Shown here: one piece after another, positions 21,142 through 31,349 of the stretch
How the letters are laid out: each line of letters starts with the position of its first letter
How positions within the stretch are numbered: position 1 is the stretch's first letter
Source of the DNA: a virus
IMG/VR virus record: IMGVR_UViG_3300009149_000001
Location: 10,199 to 74,198 of that record
Direction: 5' to 3' (one strand)
Length of the DNA stretch: 64,000 nt
Made by a program: the position numbers and the translations under genes
The notes under the pieces: model-generated
Told to the model about the DNA's origin: nothing
What the model saw: the letters and a program-made list of their open reading frames with translations, nothing else
Databases searched by the model: none

Positions 21142-21585
21142 CTATCTTCTAACGTCTTTTTCACATCTGATTATAATCCGTATGGGAATAGCTAGCATGT
21201 TCTTGCTTGACAACTCTCCGTCTCCTGGGGCAATGGATACCAAAGCTTTGAAGACGAGGTCATTGATTGTAGATAGGTTAAATTTGTCATATACCTTCTC
21301 GGCCACAGTGAGGGCATTGGTAAATGCTGTCTGTTGACCTTCAGCATTAGCCCAGTATAATAAGTCACATATTACATTAAATTCCATAGTCACACTATGT
21401 TGAGTTAAACCACCAGCATTCTCTGCTGGACCTGCTTTAACTTCTACTTCAAATCTACCAGGTACTGGTAAGTGTCTACCTTGCCAAAGAAACACTCTAG
21501 TTCCTTCAGCGTCATCAGCTAAGTCTGGTAATGTTTTCAATTGCGTTACAATCTCAGCCATAAGGCCTGTGTAAGTTCCGACTAT
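21142..21585 (-). CDS. Tail terminator-like protein (ATA start proposed; ATG at 21561)
   Basis: Position between HK97 gp10-like gene and tail tube. Confidence 0.55.
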   Translation of the reverse strand: MVGTYTGLMAEIVTQLKTLPDLADDAEGTRVFLWQGRHLPVPGRFEVEVKAGPAENAGGLTQHSVTMEFNVICDLLYWANAEGQQTAFTNALTVAEKVYDKFNLSTINDLVFKALVSIAPGDGELSSKNMLAIPIRIIIRCEKDVRR

Positions 21586-22040
21586 AGGCGTAGCCCTTTC
21601 CTCCAGTCTTTTTCAAATCTTTCTAATATCATCCTAGTTCTCTCTTCTATCTTAGGAATAGCTGCTTGCACATAATTTCGAGCACGGACACCTGGATGGG
21701 TTCCAGTAGTAATCCTACGCCCCAAAACTGGTACATATCTGCCTTGTGATGAATTAGTACCTTGATCAACATAGTTTGCATAAGGTAACATTGAACCTAT
21801 TTTAATACCTGATCTTAAATCAATACCTTGACCAGCAGGAGTCTTAGATAATGATCTCATAGAATTACGAAGTTTACCTGTTGAGACAGGAGTGTACTTT
21901 TTAAGGATAGTAACGCTCTCTCTTTCGACTTTACCCATTACTTGGTTAAATCGTTGGACTGATACAATTGTACGCCACTGTTGTAATTTCTGAATATGAT
22001 TCCTAGGGTTAATTCGAACTGATAAAAACTTATTGGTCAA
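21582..22040 (-). CDS. HK97 gp10-like tail completion protein
   Basis: TPV.TGKLRNS, YANYVDQGT, HPG..A..Y...A. Confidence 0.8.
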   Translation of the reverse strand: MTNKFLSVRINPRNHIQKLQQWRTIVSVQRFNQVMGKVERESVTILKKYTPVSTGKLRNSMRSLSKTPAGQGIDLRSGIKIGSMLPYANYVDQGTNSSQGRYVPVLGRRITTGTHPGVRARNYVQAAIPKIEERTRMILERFEKDWRKGLRL

Positions 22041-22431
22041 ATTGCTCAGAGGTTGTCATTGCGGATATTGATGGATCAATACCGATTAATGTTTCTTCAC
22101 TTACATTGCCCATGTCTAAATCGACTGGTTCAAGTGATATTCTGTTTATGAAAAACTCTGCGACTTTACGAAAATGCTGAATCTTAATTTTATCGGCAAT
22201 ACTGATATTACCTAATTCTTGGGAGATACCTTCTGTGTATGCACCATATGATAACCAAGCTGCCATAGCGGCAATTGCATCATCTACTGATGCTGCGTCA
22301 GCAAGTGGATCTGCTACATCATCAATTACTCTTTTTGATCTATCGATGTTGGCTTGGAAGGTTGCTGTAGTTAAACCTGCTGATGCACTAATATCTAGTA
22401 GTGCCTTTACATCTGCGACGAGAACTGTCAT
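22030..22431 (-). CDS. Head-tail adaptor
   Basis: Helical 133 aa downstream of the MCP; DVKALL N-terminus. Confidence 0.6.
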   Translation of the reverse strand: MTVLVADVKALLDISASAGLTTATFQANIDRSKRVIDDVADPLADAASVDDAIAAMAAWLSYGAYTEGISQELGNISIADKIKIQHFRKVAEFFINRISLEPVDLDMGNVSEETLIGIDPSISAMTTSEQFDQ

Positions 22432-22438
22432 TATTTCT

Positions 22439-22513
22439 CTATCTCATCCCGTAATTCTTGATCTGGTGAGGGAAGCAAGTAATAGCACAATCTGTGCAAT
22501 AGACAAGCTTTAT
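22439..22513 (-). CDS. 24-aa CxxC...CxxH microprotein with ATA start
   Basis: (M)KLVYCTDCAITCFPHQIKNYGMR fills the intergenic gap; ATAA overlap with the upstream stop. Confidence 0.4.
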   Translation of the reverse strand: MKLVYCTDCAITCFPHQIKNYGMR

Positions 22514-22728
22514 TTTCCTTTTGTGTAACCATAATGCTGGGCCTCCTTTGATATAGCTAATCCTGTAGTGAATATAGATGCCACTAATGCTATGACAAGA
22601 GTTTGTTCAAATCCTAAACCTACATCATAAATTGATTCAGCAACCCCACCACCAAGTAGTGGTCCGAAAAAGGAAACACCAAAGTTTCCAAGGACTCTTG
22701 CTGCTGATTTCTTAGCACTAAATGCCAT
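22510..22728 (-). CDS. 2-TM membrane protein
   Basis: Two hydrophobic segments. Confidence 0.55.
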   Translation of the reverse strand: MAFSAKKSAARVLGNFGVSFFGPLLGGGVAESIYDVGLGFEQTLVIALVASIFTTGLAISKEAQHYGYTKGK

Positions 22729-22768
22729 TTCGGGAGTTGTTTTTTTTCTTTTTTTTAAAAAAAAGAAA
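22729..22768 (-). terminator. Oligo-T terminator after the MCP (bidirectional A/T tract)
   Basis: T-run and A-run at 22740-22770. Confidence 0.5.
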
Positions 22769-22783
22769 AAGATGGGTAACTTA

Positions 22784-23791
22784 CTATGCTACGCCTGTTA
22801 TCTTTGCGATTCTTGCGTTTGTAGTAGTTGATCCATCTAATGGTTCAGGAATACCTGTGTATTTAAACCACTGCTTTGTGATAATGTCCTCACCACGAGA
22901 GTTTCTAATTCTCTCTTGGGCTGGTACAATACCGCCACCATCGAAAGTTCCGAGGAATCCGATTGATGGGTCTGCGAGTGGTACAACCAAAGCATCGTTG
23001 CTAATAGGCCAAGTAGGTTCTACTCTTGGTTTACGTGTTAGAATGATTCTAACTTTGTATTCTGTTTGCAAAAAGTCTTTAATTGGTTGTGTAATATTTC
23101 TGATTAATTTGAGCTTCGTTACTCCTACAAATGATTCTGCAGGAATAATTAATCCAAATGCCTGAGGTCTATTGATCATACTGGCAGGAATATTAGAGTT
23201 CTTAATAATGTTTGCAATGGCTTGAGCTAAGTCATCTTCAGGTGTTGCTGAAGCTGATGCCCATGTACCTGTTGCGGCAACAGTATTAGATGTGTCAGCT
23301 AAGGTATTTAGTTGTGTAAGGACGTGTTTGTCTCTTACTTCTGCTAAATGCTCTGCTGCTCTTCTAATTGAATCCTGTTCTAACCATCCAGCTGCTCCTC
23401 TTAATTTAGCATCGTCAGATATGAAATATCTGGTTTCTGCCATTTGGAGGTCTACTTTCTGGAGGTTGTATGTGATAGGCTCTGATCTCTCTGTAGGTGC
23501 AATTGACTCTACGGGTACCGGATAGGTAGCTCGTACAGCATCGTCACCTGGAGCGAAAATTTGTGCTTCCAATCTATCCATTGCTCTTGTAGTGATCACA
23601 TCAGATGATGCGGCTATAAGTGCGGATTCTTGGTAAATTTTCTCTCTGATTACAGTGAGTTGAACTACTTCATCAAAAGTTGCTTCTCCGAATTTAGCTA
23701 TGTCGTCTTTGGTCCAAGACATTAACTGATCTGAGGTTGCGGCATAAGGAATGCTTTGAGGGTTACTAAATTTTGCAATTGAGTTAGTCAT
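22784..23791 (-). CDS. Major capsid protein (HK97 fold)
   Basis: 335 aa; order portal-protease-scaffold-decoration-MCP-adaptor; ISDD..L...A..L....D helix. Confidence 0.8.
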   Translation of the reverse strand: MTNSIAKFSNPQSIPYAATSDQLMSWTKDDIAKFGEATFDEVVQLTVIREKIYQESALIAASSDVITTRAMDRLEAQIFAPGDDAVRATYPVPVESIAPTERSEPITYNLQKVDLQMAETRYFISDDAKLRGAAGWLEQDSIRRAAEHLAEVRDKHVLTQLNTLADTSNTVAATGTWASASATPEDDLAQAIANIIKNSNIPASMINRPQAFGLIIPAESFVGVTKLKLIRNITQPIKDFLQTEYKVRIILTRKPRVEPTWPISNDALVVPLADPSIGFLGTFDGGGIVPAQERIRNSRGEDIITKQWFKYTGIPEPLDGSTTTNARIAKITGVA

Positions 23792-23796
23792 CTTAT

Positions 23797-24363
23797 CTAT
23801 CCTTGTCCTACCGTACCAATGTTCAATTTACATAGAATCTTTCCGGTTCCTGCAGCTGCAGCAGTTGTACCTGCTATGACTGTTTCTTCAGCTCTACCTA
23901 CAATCTGTGCTAGTTCTTTTAATCTGGCATCAACCTCATTAGATGAGTTTGAGACAGAAGAATCTGGCAAAGCTGTTTTAGTGCTGTTTGCGGTTCCGTA
24001 TTGATCAACTTTACCACTACCTGTACAGATAAGTGAATCGCCTCTTACGATGGCGACGTTATTAACTGCTAGTTGCAATTTGGCCCATCCTTCAGCAAAG
24101 ACTGGAAAGCCTTTTTCACCGATTTCTGATCCAATTAATTGCAATGTAGATGGTTCGTTAAAGTCGAAGGGATCTCTTGAAGATCTATAATTAACACAAG
24201 CTGGAATGTCTGTTGCACCACACAAGTTTACCTTGTTAGTTGAGCTTTCGACTTGGTATTTGAGTACGTAACCAGAGTCTGCGAATGAAGTTGCGTCTAT
24301 GACTTGCATATTCCAAAATTCACCGTGTTCTCTAGTTAGGCCTGCGCCTGATCCAGTTGCCAT
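23797..24363 (-). CDS. Capsid decoration/cement protein
   Basis: Immediately upstream of the MCP; V..EG...AI.RGD.L...G.G.V...IVGRAEE pattern. Confidence 0.6.
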   Translation of the reverse strand: MATGSGAGLTREHGEFWNMQVIDATSFADSGYVLKYQVESSTNKVNLCGATDIPACVNYRSSRDPFDFNEPSTLQLIGSEIGEKGFPVFAEGWAKLQLAVNNVAIVRGDSLICTGSGKVDQYGTANSTKTALPDSSVSNSSNEVDARLKELAQIVGRAEETVIAGTTAAAAGTGKILCKLNIGTVGQG

Positions 24364-24365
24364 GA

Positions 24366-25055
24366 TTAAAGAGTCTTCTCCTTTGATTCAGTTGGTTCTT
24401 GCATACCGAAGTTTGCTCTAGCTGCTCTCACTCTAGATGCACCGTCTTGCTCTTCTGGAGCAGGGGCTGCAAATTTAGCGTTAGACTCAGCTTGTTTGTT
24501 TGCACTTTCTAATGAAAGAGACAATTTTGACATTGCTTCTTTATAAGGAGTTACAACAGTTTTTACAAGTGAGGCAACAATGACTTTATCTTCTGTTTCC
24601 ATGTTAAGACTTTTGATTAATTCAACATCAAGATTTTCATCTAATGCGATTAATTCTGTACATTGTTCTGAAAATTTGGCTAATGCCATTTTCTCTTGTT
24701 TTTCAGATAGTTGTTTTTCGACTTCGGACATTTTAGTTACGATTGGTTTGTCTGTAGAAATACCTGCTTCATTTAATTTCTCAGAAGAGAATTTAATGAT
24801 TTCTTGCAGTTTTTGTACTTCTTCAGGGTCAATTGTATTCTTGCTTTCGACGACTGGAGCTTTCAAAGAAAGTCCTAGTAAGTCTGCTGCATTAATGTCT
24901 TTGCCTGCTTCGGATGCTAAGGCTTCTTTGAGTTGTGCGAGTTGAGTGCTCAATTCTTCAGAATTATTCTTTAAATAAGGGTTTTCCGTAGAGTCATTAT
25001 TATTGATCTTTGGGGTTTCATTATTCATTTTTATATCACCTTTGTTATCCAACAA
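24366..25055 (-). CDS. Scaffolding protein
   Basis: Acidic coiled-coil between protease and capsid genes; true start probably ATG 25028. Confidence 0.65.
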   Translation of the reverse strand: MLDNKGDIKMNNETPKINNNDSTENPYLKNNSEELSTQLAQLKEALASEAGKDINAADLLGLSLKAPVVESKNTIDPEEVQKLQEIIKFSSEKLNEAGISTDKPIVTKMSEVEKQLSEKQEKMALAKFSEQCTELIALDENLDVELIKSLNMETEDKVIVASLVKTVVTPYKEAMSKLSLSLESANKQAESNAKFAAPAPEEQDGASRVRAARANFGMQEPTESKEKTL

Positions 25056-25927
25056 ATTTTACATGCGGGTCGTTTTACGACCGACAACTTGTCAGTTATA
25101 CTATCGAATGGAATCCACGCTTGAAATTCCTCATTCCATACAGACCGAAATCTGAATTCATAAGAAAGACCAATGTCGCCTGCGGACAGGGATGTGGCTC
25201 CATGATATTTACCCTTAACACGAATGTGATTTATAGGTTCACGGACCAACAGGACTTCGGTGACATCGCCATCGAGTGCAAGTTCGTCGCTTGGATGTTC
25301 TGTGTTAAGTGGGATTCGTTCACCAGCTTCTAATTTTCTTTGCTGGGACTTTGCAACTTGTTCTACAAAAGATGCTGTGTATAAATAAGGTACGCCAAAC
25401 ATGTCAGTCCATGTTCCTTCTGCTGCTGCTATACCTTCGAAGGTTTGATCCTCCATGTTTAATGAAATGTCTAAATTAAATTTACCTGCTATCTCTTGTT
25501 GTTGTGTCTTATCAAGATCTGAGAATTTAGCTGTGTTAGGATTCTTACCTGGTTTCCAAAACACCCAACCATGTGTTGCTTCACCAAATAATGATTTATC
25601 AAAGACGTTTGGGATCTTTCTAATAATCCAATCACCTGTTAGTTTCTCACCATTCATTGTGACTTTAAAATGTTTATCTGTTTCTTCTAAGACAGTTAAA
25701 TCACCTTTGTCTAATATTGAATAGATACCATCTGCTGTGTCACCTTCAAAGCTCATCCACGATTCAGATCTAGTATCCTCTGACTTTAACCCAAAGAGGC
25801 GAGTTGTATTTGGATTATCACTTAAGGTGGCCATTAAGCCTGTCTTTGAAAATTCAAAGAACTGTAATTTATCATCTCCAAAAGAAAGCTGATATTTATC
25901 GTCTATTTCATGTACGACAAATTTCAT
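25031..25927 (-). CDS. Prohead protease with N-terminal LigD phosphoesterase-like domain
   Basis: C-half: FEGIA..EG, LNTEH, GLS.E, LSVV.RPAC. N-half: FVV...FEG...I.DKG...GEKL.G.W...W...K. Confidence 0.7.
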   Translation of the reverse strand: MKFVVHEIDDKYQLSFGDDKLQFFEFSKTGLMATLSDNPNTTRLFGLKSEDTRSESWMSFEGDTADGIYSILDKGDLTVLEETDKHFKVTMNGEKLTGDWIIRKIPNVFDKSLFGEATHGWVFWKPGKNPNTAKFSDLDKTQQQEIAGKFNLDISLNMEDQTFEGIAAAEGTWTDMFGVPYLYTASFVEQVAKSQQRKLEAGERIPLNTEHPSDELALDGDVTEVLLVREPINHIRVKGKYHGATSLSAGDIGLSYEFRFRSVWNEEFQAWIPFDSITDKLSVVKRPACKICWITKVI

Positions 25928-26310
25928 ACTTGCTCATACTCCGTTAAGAATTGAAGATCATGGGGTAAAGTTGGATCAATAGGTAATAGATCAGATATTA
26001 ATTCCTCAACTATTGAGTTCTTAGAAAACTTGATTTCTTTATGTAATGTAATATAATCTATGATTGGTTCAATTCGATCACCATTAAAGATAAAATCCCA
26101 ATGAACTTCATATGTACCAGCTTCATCATCTTTATTGAAGGAATGTGTTGCGGTCCAACCCTTATCAGCTGTGCCGGGTTGTAACTCACGAACGATCTTT
26201 CCTTCTTTCATAAGTGTAACTGATTTAACTTTAACTAAGTCCTTTGCCTCAATATCGGCCTCGTCTAGAGAGGCTGAGAACTTGCAGAGTTTATTAGGAT
26301 ATGTTTTCAT
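25924..26310 (-). CDS. Hypothetical Ig-like head protein
   Basis: D.AGTY.V.W motif; position in the head module. Confidence 0.4.
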   Translation of the reverse strand: MKTYPNKLCKFSASLDEADIEAKDLVKVKSVTLMKEGKIVRELQPGTADKGWTATHSFNKDDEAGTYEVHWDFIFNGDRIEPIIDYITLHKEIKFSKNSIVEELISDLLPIDPTLPHDLQFLTEYEQV

Positions 26311-26519
26311 CTTTAGTATTTAATCCGATTATGGCAACAGCCGTTCGGATCGTACTTATAAGTTGCCTGGTCTGGATATCAAAGTGATGGACCATTAGGT
26401 TAAATCCAGTAATTCGAAGCGTGAAATTAAAATCATTTTATCGCTCAGTGACCTCAAACACACCCATTGCCTTTGGTTTACGCTTACTAGGAACTTTGTT
26501 TACTAGTGGACAATTACAA

Positions 26520-28061
26520 TCAGTTTCCACCACGTCTATCTCCTCGTGTGTTATTGTTACGATCTTTTTGACCTTGAGATTGTTGGTCACTAGTTGGTGA
26601 ATCTTGTTTCTCACCTTTAAGTCCTGCTGCTATATCTTTATTAGTTTGACCACTTTGGTCGGCTACGCCTGCACCTGGGTTTTGTGTATCTTCAATCCAT
26701 GTCTTCAAGTCTTCTTCTTGTTCTTCAGTAAGTGGATCTTTACCCATTACAGCTCTAATTTCAGATGTAGTAAATGATTTAGTGACTTGCATAGTTGCTG
26801 CAATCTTTGCTAATTCTGTTCTATCTTTATCTAAGATGAGTCTAGTTTTTAATACAAGTCGTTCTACAACTTCTTCTTTAATACCTGGTTCAATCATCTG
26901 AACATGACGTCTAACTAGAGCTTCATATTCTTGTTTAATAGTATCAAGGTAAATTTCAGCACGAAGTGCTAAGAATGAGGATGCTTGGTTAAGTGATGTA
27001 AAACCACCGCCACCTGAACCAGCCCCCATTAAATTAGGAGGAGTACCAGTTGGGCCACCAATTAGTTCGTTGATTTGATTAATGATAGGTGATGGGTCGT
27101 TATAGTTAGAGCTCTTTGGTTCTACGTAGGTAATTTCGGTATTCATACCGGTAACAAAGCCTTGATCAGCTGATCTATATTGATTAACTGCAGCATATCC
27201 ATTAATGGCAGCCTCTGCTGCGGTTTTTGCGGCAGCTAGTTTTTCTGCATGAGTTCCTTGGAATTTAGATGGATCAAATGGTGTTAAGTCTAATTTATGG
27301 TGTTCTCTAGGCATTGCTCTATTTCTCCATACTTGGTCATTTTGAATCAAGATTTGTTTCCACATCAAGATACTAATCAAAGAATTAATAGGTGCTGTTG
27401 ACCAAACATTAAAAGTCCATCGTCCTAGGTTATCTCTAATCCAAGATCTTTTATTATCAAAGGATACATGGAATACTCTATCCCATCTTATAATTTGGGT
27501 TTTAACATCAATCTTACCATCTTGTTCATCTACTGCATAATATTTAGGATCACTTATAACAAAGTCTCCGCCAGTTTCACCAATTTGAGATCTCTTATCA
27601 ACTGCTGAGATAACAAACATTGGTAATGGTACAAGATCTTCAATTCCTTTACCGAATTTAATTTGATCTACGGCATCTCCGTACTTCCAGAGATCTTTTG
27701 TATATCTATAAAATAATCGAGGACCATTAAGTTTTCTATGTAGAGCGTTTGCAACTTTCATTGCTTTTCTTTCTGATGGTGTTTCTACTTTATCATCAAC
27801 ATCTTCAGGTCTTAATGTAAAGTCACCAACTGCTTTTTGAACCATGATTGCCATGAGTTCAATTGCTGAGAACAGTCTCTCGTCCCCATTTACTAGATTA
27901 TCTGCAAGTGTATATCTGTCTTTTGAATTTCGTAAATCTTTGGCTTCGTTTAATCGCCCACCAATAATAGATGCTGCTGTGATTGCAATAGGCTCTGTGG
28001 GTTTAGTTGATCGATCTATAGGGTCTGTCCTAAATGCTGCTTTAATCCAATCTAAGTTCAT
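26520..28061 (-). CDS. Portal protein
   Basis: 513 aa after TerL; L.KYGDA, G.PP.LMG, T.SEIRA.MG.DPL. Confidence 0.85.
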   Translation of the reverse strand: MNLDWIKAAFRTDPIDRSTKPTEPIAITAASIIGGRLNEAKDLRNSKDRYTLADNLVNGDERLFSAIELMAIMVQKAVGDFTLRPEDVDDKVETPSERKAMKVANALHRKLNGPRLFYRYTKDLWKYGDAVDQIKFGKGIEDLVPLPMFVISAVDKRSQIGETGGDFVISDPKYYAVDEQDGKIDVKTQIIRWDRVFHVSFDNKRSWIRDNLGRWTFNVWSTAPINSLISILMWKQILIQNDQVWRNRAMPREHHKLDLTPFDPSKFQGTHAEKLAAAKTAAEAAINGYAAVNQYRSADQGFVTGMNTEITYVEPKSSNYNDPSPIINQINELIGGPTGTPPNLMGAGSGGGGFTSLNQASSFLALRAEIYLDTIKQEYEALVRRHVQMIEPGIKEEVVERLVLKTRLILDKDRTELAKIAATMQVTKSFTTSEIRAVMGKDPLTEEQEEDLKTWIEDTQNPGAGVADQSGQTNKDIAAGLKGEKQDSPTSDQQSQGQKDRNNNTRGDRRGGN

Positions 28062-28063
28062 TT

Positions 28064-29623
28064 TTAAAATCTTCCCATATAATATGATTGCACACCATTA
28101 GTACTCAAGCGTGCTTCCTCTTGTTCTCTACGTACAAACGATATAAGCTGTGCAGCGGTGTCAGCCATGTCTTTGGACCCAGTGCGAGGGTGATCCACTT
28201 TTTGATTCTTGATAAGGAGTAATTCGTAAAATTCTTTGAAGAGATATTTGGATCTGACGACAGTTGCACGTCCAAGGTATAAGTCGTTTCTTGCGATGAT
28301 CCAATCTGACAAGTTGAGGACGTGGTGTTCTGTGCGGATTGAGTCCAATCGAACAAGATCAAGGAGGGTATTGTGCAGGTAAATGTCGTACACGTAGGAA
28401 GTGACAGGGAAGACGGCAATGAGTCGTTTGATGATGTCGGCAACGTCATTAGTATTTATTTCTTCGCCCTTGGCTGCCTTAAACACTGTGGAACCTATTA
28501 TACGGACAGAATCATCTTGAGCATGATATCCTATTGATAATCCAAAAGCATCGTTCTTAATGGCAGGATCTACTGCTATATACCAATCTGTGTAATCTGG
28601 GTAAAGTCTTAGATCTAAACGAGATTCGTCAATTAGGGGGATAAATCCTTCTCTTGATTTAGGATCTGGTTCTCCTATGAATAAGTTGGTTAAAAAGAAG
28701 TCTTTCTCGATCTCCTCAAGTATTGCAGGATTGAAGAATGCCTCCTGCTCTAATGATGGGTTCGCACCAAAATCCCTGTCGAACGAAATAGGGTCTCTCT
28801 TTCTCTCAGCTGCGAGCGTTACTTTATCCATGTTAGGATTAAGATCCCATGTTGCTTTCCAAATTGGAATGCACCAAGCCCATTTCTCTTCTACAGCTTG
28901 AGCATGCAATGTTGTGATGAAATCTCCTTTATATTGGGGGGATGAAATAGCAACTCTAACATTCTCATTCCATTTAGTAAAAGTACCTGTGGATTTGGAT
29001 AATTTGAAGTAAACCTCTTTTGGACCATTACGAGCTGAATTATCTTGAAATGATGAAACTTCGTCTGCAACAAAGGATTTAATTGTTCTTCCTACGTTAC
29101 CGCCTGTACTGCTACCTAAAGCCTTTAAGGTAATGTATTTAGGGAATTTAATGGTGTTATAGGTAGCTGTAGGGTTTAATGACATAAAGTATGGTGAATC
29201 CATGATAAGTTCCTTTCCTCTTCTAAAGACTGTATCTAAGGCCTGAGTTTCGTTAGGTGCTACATTAACACACATGATTTCAGAGTTCTTTGCAATACCA
29301 TAGTGTTCTTGAGGATTATCTAGAAATTCCAACCGTGCGATCTCATATAGACTAATACATGCCGCAATTGTTGTTTTACCTCCTCTCATCCCTGAAACGA
29401 AAACTAGTTCAGATTTAATACGTCGTCCAGTCTCATCAAACTTGTAAAATGAACGTAAAATCTCTTTTTGAGATTCCCAGAGTTCCATACCAACACCTGC
29501 TGGATCTTCAAAGAATGCTACTACATCATTTGACCATTCTAACTTCTTAATTAATTTTTCACCCAGTGACAGTTTCTCGTATAGAGAAACATCACAAGTA
29601 ATATCAAGACGGGTTGTTGTCAA
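28064..29623 (-). CDS. terL: Terminase large subunit
   Basis: WESQ, Walker A GMRGGKT, Walker B FVADE, ISSP, nuclease IAVDPA and DHP..GSKD.AD. Confidence 0.93.
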   Translation of the reverse strand: MTTTRLDITCDVSLYEKLSLGEKLIKKLEWSNDVVAFFEDPAGVGMELWESQKEILRSFYKFDETGRRIKSELVFVSGMRGGKTTIAACISLYEIARLEFLDNPQEHYGIAKNSEIMCVNVAPNETQALDTVFRRGKELIMDSPYFMSLNPTATYNTIKFPKYITLKALGSSTGGNVGRTIKSFVADEVSSFQDNSARNGPKEVYFKLSKSTGTFTKWNENVRVAISSPQYKGDFITTLHAQAVEEKWAWCIPIWKATWDLNPNMDKVTLAAERKRDPISFDRDFGANPSLEQEAFFNPAILEEIEKDFFLTNLFIGEPDPKSREGFIPLIDESRLDLRLYPDYTDWYIAVDPAIKNDAFGLSIGYHAQDDSVRIIGSTVFKAAKGEEINTNDVADIIKRLIAVFPVTSYVYDIYLHNTLLDLVRLDSIRTEHHVLNLSDWIIARNDLYLGRATVVRSKYLFKEFYELLLIKNQKVDHPRTGSKDMADTAAQLISFVRREQEEARLSTNGVQSYYMGRF

Positions 29624-30140
29624 TCTTTCTTATAACATCTTTTAATGACACTGCAAACTTGCTCTTACATAAAGGACAAGAATCTTGCATAATTGTGCCA
29701 ACTAATTGATTATACTCAACATGCATGTTTTGTACGTTAATGTTACCATTGTCTTTGAATTCATTTTGTAATTTTTGTAAAGTCTCAGTATAGTGTCTAA
29801 GTTCAGCTAATGCTGATAAATATGTTTTGAGCATGATTGGATCTGGATTAGCTAGTATTTGTTGTTTAAGTATTTTCATAACTTCTTTTAGGTCATCTAG
29901 TCCTCCTATGACTTCACCTACTTTATCTACAATGTGATCAGTGATTTCAGAACGATCAGCTAATTGAATTGCGACTTGAGGTTTAACGTGATTGTTAATA
30001 TGATTACGCCATGAGTAGAGTTTACAATCTAACAGTTCTATACATTGAGATGATGTCTTACGTTTTTCTAGATAATCTATTTCAATGCCAGTAATGTCAT
30101 CCATTATACAGAGTTCACAGTTAATCGGTTTTATTGCCAT
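29604..30140 (-). CDS. Terminase small subunit (putative)
   Basis: Directly upstream of TerL; CxxC...H...H N-terminus and coiled coil. Confidence 0.6.
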   Translation of the reverse strand: MAIKPINCELCIMDDITGIEIDYLEKRKTSSQCIELLDCKLYSWRNHINNHVKPQVAIQLADRSEITDHIVDKVGEVIGGLDDLKEVMKILKQQILANPDPIMLKTYLSALAELRHYTETLQKLQNEFKDNGNINVQNMHVEYNQLVGTIMQDSCPLCKSKFAVSLKDVIRKIDNNPS

Positions 30141-30375
30141 TTTCCTTCCTTAAAGTATTGTTCTTGTTTGCAAGTGTTACATCTACGTTTGAATGATACA
30201 GTTCCGGAGACTTCAACAAATCTGTGGTCTTCTCCTCCCCAACACTTGGTCATGATATATATGGTAGGATCCGGTTCAAGAAGGTTAAGGACCCTATACA
30301 TCAACCCAAGGGAAAGTAGAATTAATCAGACGGTCATGGAATGTTTATGAAGTATAAAATCCTTATAGTAATCTC

Positions 30376-30501
30376 ATGTCAGAATTCACGAAAATTGCAT
30401 TTCGATTAAATGATGGAACAGTAGCAGAGACAATGATGCCTATCGACAAAGTCGAAAAGATCATACTAAAAATTGGTCCTGAAAACTGTTGGATCGTATA
30501 A
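30376..30501 (+). CDS. 41-aa protein antisense to the late operon
   Basis: MSEFTKIAFRLNDGTVAETMMPIDKVEKIILKIGPENCWIV with a TATA-like element upstream. Confidence 0.5.
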   Translation: MSEFTKIAFRLNDGTVAETMMPIDKVEKIILKIGPENCWIV

Positions 30502-30540
30502 TCAAGCCCACCGCACACGTAATCTAGTGATTCTGGTATT

Positions 30541-31068
30541 TTATACTAAATCATCTACATCTACAACAGATAGGCCTCTTAGGTAAACCCATGTGAGTCC
30601 TTGTCTTGCCCAGATGTTTAATTTCTTAAATTTGCCTTCAATGTGGCGATCGTGTACTTCTGCTGTAGAGAAATTAAGCATAGTTCCTTTTTTATTACCA
30701 GTCCAGTCAGTATTACGTAATGCTACTTTGTGAGTAAGTTTTTTGTAAAGTAGTAATGAATGTGATCCTTCATGTGTTATTACTATGTAGTTTTGGCGTA
30801 ATACCCTACGGAAAATGTCGGATATGATGTTAGTCCTTTTGTCCTCTAGGTATAGTTTTACTTTACCCATACCAGTTACACCACCAACACCTTCTTTACC
30901 GTCGAAGAAAGGATCTAGAGGTGCTGCTGAGGATGGATAGATATCCCATTCCCAATTTTTCCAATATAAGTAAAAGTCACCTGATTTATCAAGCATGTCG
31001 TATATGAACATACCAATTAGGCGTTTGTATAATTCTTCGTTTAAGTTCTCAGTGTGAAATCTAATCAT
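30541..31068 (-). CDS. HExxH zincin-like protein
   Basis: VITHEGSH. Confidence 0.5.
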   Translation of the reverse strand: MIRFHTENLNEELYKRLIGMFIYDMLDKSGDFYLYWKNWEWDIYPSSAAPLDPFFDGKEGVGGVTGMGKVKLYLEDKRTNIISDIFRRVLRQNYIVITHEGSHSLLLYKKLTHKVALRNTDWTGNKKGTMLNFSTAEVHDRHIEGKFKKLNIWARQGLTWVYLRGLSVVDVDDLV

Positions 31069-31345
31069 AGTTCATCAACTTTATTATAAAATGGTCTTGT
31101 TCACCAGAAGGGTCATGTTTATATTTATCAAGCCATAACTTTGTATATTCCCCATTTAGACCTAATAATGCCCAGTCAATTAATCCATGAATCCATTCGT
31201 GAACAACAGTATCCATAACATCTTGAGTACCTTCCATCATGAAAGGTAAGTAGTAGGTGATTATTAAAGTATCTGGATTATAGTCTGCACGATGCTCTGC
31301 AGCTTCGCACAAATCTTTATCTATTACAAAATCCTCATAGAACAC
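31061..31345 (-). CDS. Minimal HExxH zincin-like protein
   Basis: TVVHEWIH. Confidence 0.55.
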   Translation of the reverse strand: MFYEDFVIDKDLCEAAEHRADYNPDTLIITYYLPFMMEGTQDVMDTVVHEWIHGLIDWALLGLNGEYTKLWLDKYKHDPSGEQDHFIIKLMNYD

Positions 31346-31349
31346 GAAA

